DNA of 62,266 nt. It comes from Dimargaris cristalligena. Lineage: Eukaryota. The DNA lies in assembly GCA_003614675.1 (NCBI GenBank), contig ML002238.1, forward strand, positions 1-62,266. Reading direction: 5' to 3'. Each line of letters opens with the position of its first letter. Position 1 is the stretch's first letter. Below, piece by piece: positions 38,831 to 49,518 of the stretch. Below the pieces are notes generated by a model that did no database searches, was not told where the DNA came from, and was given only the letters and a program-made list of their open reading frames with translations. The translations under genes were made by a program, and so were the position numbers.

Positions 38831-40905
38831 TTAGAGAATGGTAAATCCCTTCTTTTTGGCGACGGGTTGATTGGTCCACGGGTCGATCACCACTCTCGGC
38901 TGCCTCACTTTGAACCACCAAAAGAGGAAAACCGCCAGACCGAATCCGATGACCACGAAGACTGACACTAGAATAATGGTGGTCTTATGACCCTCGTCGT
39001 CCGTTGGCTTGGGGTCTTTAACGAACCGGTAGAGAGAATAGTCGCGGGCGTCTTCGGGGATTTTCATAGCGGCCCGGAGGTCTAGGGCGTCGAGAGACTG
39101 GTAGTTGTTGCTGCCATCATCATCATTGTCGTTACCGGCACTACTTTCCAACTCAAGCGCAAAAAAGTCCTGGCTGGGGTGGCCATCCTCGGTACGGCCG
39201 AAACTAATGAGGACTACTCGGCCCAGTAAATAGGCCGAATGGCTATAACGAGCCGCTAAATTCGCCGGTAGGTTCGTGGTGGGGGCGGTATCCCACTGCC
39301 AAGGCATTTGGGTAGTGTCCAGAGTGAGAATATTCGATACGAGAGAGCCGTCATTGTAGAGACCGCCAATAAAGATGATCTTACGGCGGTACACTAAACA
39401 CCCCGAAACACGGATCAAAGGGAGGAAGTTATAATCATAGCATGCCAAATCCGAGTCAATCGAAGGTGTTCCATGAATTATGGAAGTGACGGTAACGTAC
39501 AAAAAATGATAATCGGTTAGTTCAATGAAATAGATATTGCGAAATGGGCGGGATGAACCACGTAAGAGCAGCAACAGCCGAATTCAAAAATATGGAAGAG
39601 ATTCAAACCAGCTGTATAAGGTTTTACATAATACGTGTATGGACGAATATATGTAAGAATATCTTTTAACCAGTAATATTGGCCTCATCCAATGGATTTT
39701 TCGTTATACAGCCTAAATGAACTTCTCCCATATTTTGTGCCGAAATTAATCTATCTCTCTCTATTCGGAGATTTACCCTGAATGGATTCAACCACTGGTT
39801 AGTGCGTAGCCCCCCCCTCTTCCCTGCTTTCCATTCCTTCTTTTTCCAACAGATGCAGCCTTTAAAGGTAATGGCCGGATTGGATATTGTCTACTAACCG
39901 ACGTTGGCGAGGAATATAACGGGAACTCGGAGGGATAGGGATAGTATAATATTTGAAAAACTTACCGACAGCAGCGGTTGAATAGATGGAGCCGAACGTG
40001 GCACCACTTGTAGGCACGAGTGACCAGGTCTTCTCTACCGTATCCAGAACGTGTACAAGCTCGACATCAATCGGGCCCTTCAGAGAATTCCCCCCAACCA
40101 CGGCCATATGGGTACCATTGATCATGACCGCTGTGTGCAAAAACCGGGATGATGGCGTGTTGTCTTGGTGGTCTAGAGTGAATTGGCTACCATCCACCAT
40201 TTTGTAGTAGGTCGTACTTTGGGTTTGGATGATGGATTGCCCCTGGCTCCCACTGTCGCTGTTGCTGTCACTGTTGCTCGAGTTGGTATCGTTACGGCTG
40301 GCGATGATAGTGCTAGTCATGAATTGGCGATAGGCTACGGGGTCCACCCCCCCGAAATAAACCGTATAGCCCGTCGCCCCCGAGTTAACCCCCGACTGAC
40401 CGTACCACCGGCCCAGACGACTTACTTTGAGGGTGCGTCGGCTCCACACGGGTCGATTGAGTTCCATGTATGCGTAAAAATCGGTCCGCTGCAGTTCCGT
40501 TTCGGGCCCGTCCCCCCCGTAGGCGGTCAGGAACCCGCTGTCGGTGTCGGTGGTATTAAGGACCACGGCCCCGCATACCTGCGGGTAATTCACCGCCGGG
40601 TCGGTAGGGGTCCAAGTGGGGAAGCTGATGTTCGTCAGATTGGTGAGGGATAGGGTCCACATGCGGTTGGAGAAGGCCTCGGGGGCGTTGGTGGCTCCGC
40701 CGTCCTCCGTAGTGGGGGGAACTTGCGTGCGCCCCCCAATAATAAAGAGCGTATCCTGGCGGACTAGGGAACCGTGTTCATAGAGAGCTGGAATTGTGTC
40801 GGCACTTTGGCCCTCGTCGCTCCCCGAAATCACATTGACATATCCATTAAGGAGAATGGCCCCCCAGAGGAATGGTAACCAGCTGAGTGAACTAAAAGTC
40901 CGCAT
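38831..40905 (-). CDS. Kelch-repeat type-I membrane protein, 2 exons
   Basis: Exons 40905-39966 and 39393-38831 join as AAV-V-YRRKIIFIGG. Signal peptide, kelch motifs (LFIIGG, YFGG, RFLHTAV...VVGG, RYSHSA...ISFG) and TM helix IILVSVFVVIGFGLAVFLFWWF. Confidence 0.82.
39590..39733. mobile_element. 144-bp MITE-like element, copy 3 (inside the kelch gene intron)
   Basis: Same element as copies 1 and 2, lying within intron 39394-39965. It retains CpGs lost in the other copies. Confidence 0.85.
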
Positions 40906-42461
40906 ACTGGAATTACGGGTGATGGTACAGGACTAGGTTTGGCCAAGAACTGGGATATGATAATTTAAATAGTAAGTAAGGCCAGTTCCAAGGTTACTAA
41001 AGATTCCTTGAATAAAATAGCACACATAAACTGATGGGTAATTTGACGAATATATACATATAAATATATAAAATGAACGAGCCTTAATAAATAAAAAAGA
41101 GTAATCGAATAGTTTAATCTAGAAACTATGAATAGCCATGGATAGATTATAAGTATAGATGGTAAGCTACAGAATGTATATGGCTAAATATGTCGGGAAA
41201 ATGCAATAGGAAATTAGATAATGCAGATATAACTAGGTTAATAATGAGTCTAATGCAAATATTAATGCGAAAGCGTTATTGGTGGCAGTTATATACAGAA
41301 AAAAAATGGTACCGAGGCAAAGTGTAGGCAACGAAAAATCGCTAGAAATCCTATCGGCAAGACATACCTATATATATATATATAATATCACACCCCTTCC
41401 CCGTATACGGAGACGAGCCCAGTGGTACACGCGAGCAATAGGAATGTGAATCAACTTTGTGGTATGACCAAGCCCTAAGTATTCGGGACAGAAACAGGGA
41501 TAATACGGCGAGAATGAGGGAGCTGGGTGCATCCGGTTCAACACCACCCGGATTGTCGCAAAACGGCGGAAAATGCGGGCGGCGATCAATTCATTGGGGT
41601 GTTGGCAAAATGATCATTTCTGAGTTACAACCTCCCTCGATTAGATTGGACCATTTGTCCCCGTTTAACTTGTGCTAGGCAATGAAAATCTCCGATTATA
41701 CAACTAGAGATAAATGGCCCAGCTGGTACTGCCGTTTTGCAAAGACTTTCCGGCTAGGAAAAGAACAATTGGCTATAAGGAGACTGCACGGCATCGCCAC
41801 AAAGAAGCGAGATTGCCAATATTGGCTTAAGCTTGTTGGTTAGTTTTTCAGGATTGATGTAATCTCCCGCCTCCATCCTCTCTCTCTTTCTCTTTATCTC
41901 TGATGTACGTACACCCTTGCTTCGACCACTAGTGTAACGCTCGACTCAAATAAATGACACTAGGCAAATTCGAATTCCTTTGGAAGTAAGAGGTAATATG
42001 CAGCTGTTCGATACAGGATAAAAACCCGTTAGACTAATACGTGCCCGTCGATAGGGGGCAGGTCGTCTCTCCTGTGGATCGGCTAATCCAAAATGCACAT
42101 TGGCCACATAGCCTTGTAACGATAATCAAGCGAGCACAAGACTTCCGTTTAGTTTGTAGAGTGAGCTTCCCTGATTTGCCCTGGTGGAGTGATGATAAGT
42201 CAACCGATTTCTTTCGCAAGAATAAAGGCAGGAATTGCCCATATACATTTTATTTTTGCAAGTGTATAATTCGACGGCAAACATTGACCGGGATACTAGC
42301 CATATTATAAGCCGAAGGGTAGGTTCCAACTGAAGGCACCATTACAATAGATAAGAAAATAATAGAGAAACCATTAACTGGCTGTCTGTCTTACCAAACG
42401 GATTCAGCTAGCTATGCACACTCCAATCAAATACCTTCCACATTGAAGGAGGACCCCCCCC

Positions 42462-42470
42462 AAAAAAAAA
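42462..42470 (-). terminator. RNA polymerase III oligo-T terminator of tRNA-iMet
   Basis: T9 run on the minus strand 4 nt downstream of the tRNA 3' end. Confidence 0.8.
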
Positions 42471-42474
42471 GAAT

Positions 42475-42546
42475 TAGCGGTGCTACGTTTCGATCGTAGG
42501 ACCTCAGGGTTATGAGCCCTGCGCGCTTCCGCTGCGCCACACCGCT
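42475..42546 (-). tRNA. tRNA-iMet (initiator, anticodon CAT)
   Basis: Minus strand reads AGCGGTGTGGCGCAGCGGAAGCGCGCAGGGCTCATAACCCTGAGGTCCTACGATCGAAACGTAGCACCGCTA. It has an A1-U72 pair, three G-C pairs in the anticodon stem and an ATCG T-loop, all eukaryotic initiator hallmarks. Confidence 0.97.
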
Positions 42547-43028
42547 CTATATTTTATGGAAGATTATTATACAACTTTATTGTATTACGCCAAAGTACTC
42601 TATTTAGTCCAATAATTTCTAGCCTGATTTGAATTGTCCTGTGACTAAACCACCATTACCTTGAAACGTCAGCGAAATTAATACTTAATAATCCACTCGA
42701 ATATCTTAAAGTTGGCTATAGTCGGTCGCCGCATTTAATTAGAGCTATCAGTGATAGTATGAGGTATATCCTGCACCTATAACGGATTCCCATCTTCGCC
42801 AGTATAAATTAAAGAACCCCTTTACCATTTGCTAGTTTTCATGTGACCCCCCCTAGTGTGTAAATTACTGTATTGTTCCGATTGTATATTGAAGGTGTAA
42901 TACTCTCAAATTTATAAGTCAATTGGATACGCCGCTGAAATAAAATGACGAGAGACAATCTAGTGTGGAATTACCTATACCCCAACACGCACACTTCAGT
43001 GGACGCGGCCCACCATATCACTAGTTTA

Positions 43029-45536
43029 TTAAATGTCTAGGGCGTACTGCAGAGGCTGTCCCTCAATACCCGCTACCACATGGTCAATCGCCAAATTGCC
43101 CATGGCATCGCGGGTTTCCACCGTGGCCGAAGCAATATGGGGCAAGACTATACAGTTCTTGAATTTATACAGGGGATGGTCGACGGGCAACGGCTCCGGG
43201 GTAACCACATCCAAGCCCGCGCCGGCGATGATACCATTACTCAAGGCCGCGACCAAATCCTCCTGTTTAATGACTTCCCCGCGGGCCACATTCACGATAA
43301 TGGCGGAGGGCTTCATTTGGCGGAAGGCGCTGTAGTCAAAGAGGTGGAAGGTGGAATCGTTGAGACTGCAGCAGAGGGCGACGACGTCGGATTCGCGCAG
43401 GAGTACGTCGAGGTCGACGTAGTTCGCGTGGGCGCGGAGAGCAACGTCGGGCTTGGGGCGGCGGCCGTTATAGAGAATCTTCTTAACCCCGAACGCGCGT
43501 AGACGGGTGGCAAGCCCCTCGCCAATGCGGCCTAAACCAATGATGCCGGCCGTCTTACCGGTAAGTTGGTGGCCTAAAGCGAAATTGAGAGTTGATGAAG
43601 AAGAAGCAAATGATTCGTTAGAATATATAGGACATATGTATTTCCGTAGAGTGGTACTGCAGCCTATGGCCCAAAGTAGAGGCCACATTCAAATTCAAAC
43701 GCGCCTTGCTCATTGCATCGGAATACCTAGAGAAATCTACGGGAGAGCCCATCCCAGCTAAACTCAACTACGACTTTAGACGTGGGACCGCAGTATAATA
43801 TGGCAAGAACGGTTCACTTACCTAGTAAAAAATTGGGCTGCATGGTGATCCACTATCAACGACCAGCAAGTTCACCAAAAGTACGGCAATCGGGTAATAG
43901 TGCGAGGTTATTCGAAGGTGAGGCATTAGTTTACGAGTAAGGTATCGGCGAATTCAAATAGGCCACTTGGTCGACTATATCGTAAAATCTGTCACGTTGC
44001 ACATCCAAACATAATATACTCCCCTCCTTTATCTAGGACAATCGGTATACTTACCCCGCCCGTTTTGGCCGTTTCGACCGCCTAGATTAGATAGATTAAA
44101 TTCAACAAGCGATTATAAACAATCCGACAATACTTTAGCTACTACCGATAAAGTGGGGGACGGAAATCGAACCGTGTATTACATATCGTAATATGTTTGT
44201 AATGAAGGGCCTGGGCAGATTTATCTCCATTCCCTGGCATCACCTTGAGAGGGGGAGCACCAAACAGCTAAACGTACCTCGACCAAACGACGAGAGACCA
44301 TAAGAACCAGAGCCATAGCCAAATCGGCCACTGCATCGGTCAGTACATCGGGAGTGTATCCCACGACAATACCACGCTTCTTGGCCTCGACAAGATCAAT
44401 GTGGTTATGCCCTACACTCATGGTGGAAATGACCTACCCGTGGTTTTGAATTGGTACATACAATAGATTTTAGCAAAATGGTTCGGTTCGACTCATCATA
44501 ATTGATAAGGGGCATGCCTATTTGGAGTAATAAATTGGCAGCAGTACTTTATATCTATGTTTAACATGTGGCTATGCACCCTACTTACTTTGAGAGAGTC
44601 ACCTAAAGACGAGTATACGCATTAATTAGAAACGTGGATAATATGAACCGAGTAGCCGGGGTAGACGAAGTATGCTTTAGTTTAGCCCTCAGGTGATCTA
44701 AGTGGCGTTACACTACCCTTTGCATATCTACAAACCATCCAATATATTGTAATTTATATCGGGAATATTTGCATCAACCCAAAATTTGCTTATAATTTAC
44801 CTGCCGCCTCCATGACTTCTTTGTTGATCTCGTTGGAGGAAAGACAAAAGATACCGTGTACGCCTGGTTCATGGGGAATAAAGTAACAATAGAGCAGGTT
44901 TATCAATCAACTTGAATATTATCATTATTGAAAGCATAATATAGCGGCAGATATAAAAAATATATCCCGCAGATAACGCATCGTTTATTAAGAAAATTCC
45001 ATGCAAAGCATGCTTCGGTGAATAAGTCGCACGATCACAGAAACGTACCTTTTACGCATTTCAATAGTTCTTCATGGGAGAGGGGCCCTGTCTCCCATTG
45101 ATCAACGTCGTATCTGGTAATAGCAAAGGACAAGACGGAGGGGATATCGTGGGGTCATCGGTGGTAACGATAGTGCCAATAACACATCATAATTATAACA
45201 TATGCAGGAGGTTTAGTCCAGTCGGATAGCGCGAAATACCTTTAGTATAGGCAATTTTACTAGTTAAAAGCACACCATCCTCGGGATTATATCGTGTATA
45301 GTTCATTCAAAATCCTCTCTACAGTGGTGTTGAACCCTCCCCCATGGGTAGGCAAAGTCTTTTGTCAATACGACTCTACCTGTTCGGCCGGCTCCAAAGC
45401 CTGTCCCAAATACCTTTACATATTTAGAGTTCTATATGGCGAATGGCGCTTACTGGGTGAGACTCTCTAGGCGCTTCTGGGTGTTGTCAGTCAGACGCTG
45501 GGTTACAAATATACGCTTGCGGGGTTGGGCTGCCAT
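43029..45536 (-). CDS. Glyoxylate/hydroxypyruvate reductase (D-2-hydroxyacid dehydrogenase; GRHPR/Gor1-like), 8 exons
   Basis: Exons 45536-45454, 45113-45049, 44863-44801, 44602-44589, 44433-44278, 44081-44055, 43852-43822 and 43573-43029 splice in frame. Motifs [47 protein letters not shown] and LPHIASAT. Confidence 0.92.
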
Positions 45537-46500
45537 TGGTAAGAAGGTGCGGAATGGGGTGTGGGAGGATGGGTGGGAAAGGGATAAGTAGGCAATGCGT
45601 GCGAAGAAACAAGGCAATGGAATTAAGCTATTGCGTAGTGGGTAGTACAACAATGAGGTGATAGACTGAAAGGTAGGGGAGCTGTTCCATATATATATAT
45701 ATATACATATTAATAAACATACCCATTTCAAGGCCCAGCGGGTATAATATTATTGTCGCTATCGGCGGGAATAACTCCTTCGCCCGCCGCCCATTCTCTT
45801 GATTGTTGACTCAGCGCCTATACAAATCTGCGGGTATTAGACAGGTGAATACACTTGGGCGCGCCTATTTTTAGCAGCGAATCACTCCCCCCAAGACAAG
45901 GCAAGGTGGATATTGGACAGTATACCGCACCCCCCCTACTGTAGTTGCCAAAGTCCCCTGTAATAATCCTTTCATTTGCTCCTTTCTGACTCATATCGAT
46001 GGAGTGCCCTTCGTCGTTAAATGCGAGGCCCTCTTGCCTGGCTTGATGATCCGATAAGGTCAGCGTGTATCGCTGATTGGAGCCTCGTACGAACAATGGA
46101 GGTACTGCCAGACCCCCATCATTAAGTCAATCACTGACGTAGCCGGGTTGTATAGTCATTGCTTCGTCCCATTCGGAGGGGGGAAAGGGTGCAATATCCA
46201 CGTGTATAGGGGAATAAGGGATGTAATTTATAACAGTATTTATATGTTGAGATATTTATAGTTCAGATAAAGAGGTGGGAATCTGCTAAATCAATTAAAA
46301 GTAAATCACCTAGATTGGCTACCAAAGTAGAGCGAAGGAAGAGAAGGAGCCGCAATCCCCGTTTGGCTTAAATGCCACAGCGAATCATTCTACTGACTCC
46401 CTTCACCGCCCAACAATTAGGCTACGAACTAATCCAAAACGAATGCCTAGTTAATATTCGTTTTTACCCAATTGGTACCTAGCACTGGTCCGAAGCAAGT

Positions 46501-48726
46501 CTAGTCTTCCAGCTCCATGATAATGTCGTCGGCTCCGACCGTATCGTTAGCCGCCACATGGATAGTCTTGACCTTACCGGCCTTGGGGGCCCGCAGCACA
46601 TTCTGCATCTTCATCGCTTCCACCACCACCAGTTCCTCACCCTCGGCGATCACGTCGCCCTCCTTGACGTTCAAGCTTACCACACGACCAGGCATGGGGG
46701 AAAGGACCACCTTGCTCAAGTCCAGGGGCGCCTTCTCCTTCATGAACCGTTGCAGTTGGCTCTGGGTTTCGGACAAAATGGAGAGGTCAAAGTGGGTACC
46801 GTAGTGCTGGAGACGCATGCCCAGAGGTAAAGTGCTGAGGTACTGCAGGGTAATTTCGGCAGGGACGGCAATTTCGGGGGACGCCACGTCCAGGAAACGC
46901 AGCCGGATGAGGGGGGATTCAATAGCCCATTCGACGGCGACCCGCTGGGGCGTACCACCATTGATGGAGACGGTGAACTGGTTGGTGGCATTGTAGACGA
47001 AAACGTCGCCTTGGAGGGCCACGTGAATGGAGGCCTCGGTGGTTTGGGCCGATTCGCCTTCCGTCGTGGCCGAAGTAGGACGGCGCACCAGGGCGGACCA
47101 TTCACGCAGGGCGGGGTAGTAGGTCAACTCACCGGGACCGGTCCGGTGGTCTTCCCGATCCAGGGTGGCATTACGGATCTGGCGGATAGCATGCACGACA
47201 GCGGCACCGGTCGCCAGTTCGTTCCAGGTGGCGGCAGTGAGGCGGTGGCCGCGGAACCCATTGGGGTAGTGTTCGGCCAAGAAGTTGGTGGTCAAGGCCC
47301 CGGCCTGGAAGTCGGGTTGATCCAGCACATCCCGGAGTAGGGGGATATTGTGGGTGACCCCTTGGATCACGTAGTTGTCCAGGGCCCACTTCATGTTGGC
47401 GATGGCCTCGGTACGGTTGAGTCCGTAGGAGCACAGCTTGCTGATCATCGGATCGTAGTGGATACTGATTTCGCTACCCTCCACAATACCCGAGTCGCAC
47501 CGAATTTCGTTCAAGGGGGTCTGGGAGCGGGGTTCCTGGTACTTGCGCAGGGTACCGATACTGGGGAGGTACTTCTCGGGGTCTTCGGCGTAGACGCGGG
47601 ACTCGATGGCCCAACCCTTGAGGGGCACTTCGGGTTGGGTGAGTTTCAGGGGGCGGCCGGCGGCCACGCGGATCATTTCTTCGACCAGATCAATACCGGT
47701 GATATATTCCGTGATGGGGTGTTCGACCTGCAGACGGGTGTTCATTTCCAGGAAATAGAAGTTGCGGTGGGCATCCACCAGGAATTCCACGGTACCGGCC
47801 GAGGAGTAATTCACGCCCTTGGCCAGCGATACCGCCTGTTCGCCCATAGCCTTACGGGTAGCCGGGTCCAGTTTGGTGCTGGGTGCCTCTTCGATCACCT
47901 TCTGGTTCCGGCGCTGGATCGAGCACTCCCGCTCGGGCAGGTACAGGGTGTTTCCATGCTTGTCGGCTAGAATCTGGATTTCAATGTGGCGGGGCTCTTC
48001 GATGAACTTTTCAATCAGCAGACGGCTGTCCCCGAAACTGGACTGGGACTCGGTGGAGGCCAACTTGAAACCATCAATGACTTCCTGATCGTTGTGAGCG
48101 ATCCGCATACCCTTACCACCGCCACCGGCGGAGGCTTTGATCATGACAGGGTATCCAATGTCACGGGAGATTTCTAGGGCGTGATCAGTATCACGCACGA
48201 CACCGTTGAAACCCGGGATGATGTTGACACCGGCCTGGCCGGCGATGATTTTACTCTGGATCTTATCACCCATGGCGGCCATGGCCTCCACCCCGGGGCC
48301 GATGAATGTAGCACCGGCCTTTTCCAGGGCCCCGACGAAGGCGGCGTTTTCGGACAGGAAGCCGTAGCCGGGGTGGACGGCCTGGGCACCGGTATCCTTA
48401 ACGGCCTGGATGATGCGATCCATGTTGAGGTAGCTCTGACTGGTAGGGGCGGGGCCCACGTTGACGGCCTCGTCGGCCATCTGCACATGGAGGCTGTTGA
48501 CATCGGCGTCGGAGTAAATGGCCACGGTCTTGATACCCAGCTTCTTAGCGGTGCGCATCACGCGGCAGGCAATTTCACCCCGGTTGGCCACCAGGATTTT
48601 GTTGAAGTACTGTTCGGCATAGCTGGAGGAGACATGGAAGGAACGGCGGGTAGAGTGGCGGGTGGTCCAAGTGGCCCGGAGGGGCGACAGGCGGGCGGTC
48701 GCTCGGAAGGACTGGACAAGCAGCAT
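46501..48726 (-). CDS. PCCA: Propionyl-CoA carboxylase alpha subunit, mitochondrial, intronless
   Basis: Presequence, biotin carboxylase domain (KILVANRGEIACR, HPGYGFLSEN, IKASAGGGGKGMR, ERECSIQRRNQKV, FLEMNTRLQVEHP, ISIHYDPMISKL) and biotinyl domain (SPMPG, EAMKMQN). The adjacent beta subunit is of the PCC type. Confidence 0.9.
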   Translation of the reverse strand: MLLVQSFRATARLSPLRATWTTRHSTRRSFHVSSSYAEQYFNKILVANRGEIACRVMRTAKKLGIKTVAIYSDADVNSLHVQMADEAVNVGPAPTSQSYLNMDRIIQAVKDTGAQAVHPGYGFLSENAAFVGALEKAGATFIGPGVEAMAAMGDKIQSKIIAGQAGVNIIPGFNGVVRDTDHALEISRDIGYPVMIKASAGGGGKGMRIAHNDQEVIDGFKLASTESQSSFGDSRLLIEKFIEEPRHIEIQILADKHGNTLYLPERECSIQRRNQKVIEEAPSTKLDPATRKAMGEQAVSLAKGVNYSSAGTVEFLVDAHRNFYFLEMNTRLQVEHPITEYITGIDLVEEMIRVAAGRPLKLTQPEVPLKGWAIESRVYAEDPEKYLPSIGTLRKYQEPRSQTPLNEIRCDSGIVEGSEISIHYDPMISKLCSYGLNRTEAIANMKWALDNYVIQGVTHNIPLLRDVLDQPDFQAGALTTNFLAEHYPNGFRGHRLTAATWNELATGAAVVHAIRQIRNATLDREDHRTGPGELTYYPALREWSALVRRPTSATTEGESAQTTEASIHVALQGDVFVYNATNQFTVSINGGTPQRVAVEWAIESPLIRLRFLDVASPEIAVPAEITLQYLSTLPLGMRLQHYGTHFDLSILSETQSQLQRFMKEKAPLDLSKVVLSPMPGRVVSLNVKEGDVIAEGEELVVVEAMKMQNVLRAPKAGKVKTIHVAANDTVGADDIIMELED

Positions 48727-49518
48727 CACGACAGGCGGACCTTGGGGCTAGTCAGGACGAGTGGGAAATGGGTTGGGGCAGGGGAGTAAGCTGTGGTAGA
48801 GGATAAGGAAAAGGAGGTGGAGCTGGCCACGAGACGAGGGAATGTATGAGTAAGAAGTAGAGGTGGAAATGGGAGAGAAGGGGAGAAGAGTCGCTAGAAA
48901 AGGGGTGGTGGGACGGGGGTTTGGCCGTTGGGAGGGCAAGTCACGCGAGGAATAAAATAGATAGAAAGGGCCGCTTGGGCTGGAAAGGGACAGTCACTTC
49001 AGTCAAACACACGCCGACTGGATAATACAGCTTTGTTGGTGCATTTAATTGGGCGTATTCCCGTTGCCACTGCTCAATAAATGATCAAGGAACTCAGCTG
49101 GTTAGTCCGCAGGGTGGGCGATTAGATAAAATGCGCATATACCTCCGAATCCAATGGGGCGCATTTATCCACAACATCAGAGTAAAGGGATGGGAATAAT
49201 CTACGAGGTCTTTGGCACACCTTGTGACTGGCATTACAGAGAAGCCCAGCCCCATTGGCTTGTGGCTATCTATCGCGCTCCCCAGGCCTACCGTAATACC
49301 AATAGTCACGGTGGGAACGTGGTAGAAGGGAGGTGTATGTCGGCCCCAGTAGTAGTCCTCCAGCCTCCTTAGTCAGTGACCGTGCTTGCCCAACCTACTC
49401 AAGTCCCCTCTCTCCTCCATTTGCGCTTCACCTTTATTCTTCAGTTATTAAGTTTACCTTCCATCCCCCGACATCTCCTCTCACCAACTACCCCACTGGC
49501 CGTCCTTTGCCCACCACC
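48727..49518. promoter_or_regulatory. Putative bidirectional promoter shared by PCCA and PCCB
   Basis: 792 bp between divergent ATGs. Purine-rich on + near PCCA (a pyrimidine-rich leader on -) and pyrimidine-rich on + near PCCB. Confidence 0.55.

Noticed and set aside
862-39733. Repeated 144-bp sequence as a CRISPR array or tandem repeat
   Set aside because: The copies are dispersed 13-25 kb apart, have TIRs and lack spacers, and the context is eukaryotic.
48960-49130. GCCACTG motif in the PCC intergenic region suggesting a cobalamin riboswitch
   Set aside because: Only a 7-nt match. The other conserved riboswitch elements are not visible, and no B12 riboswitch is established in eukaryotes.
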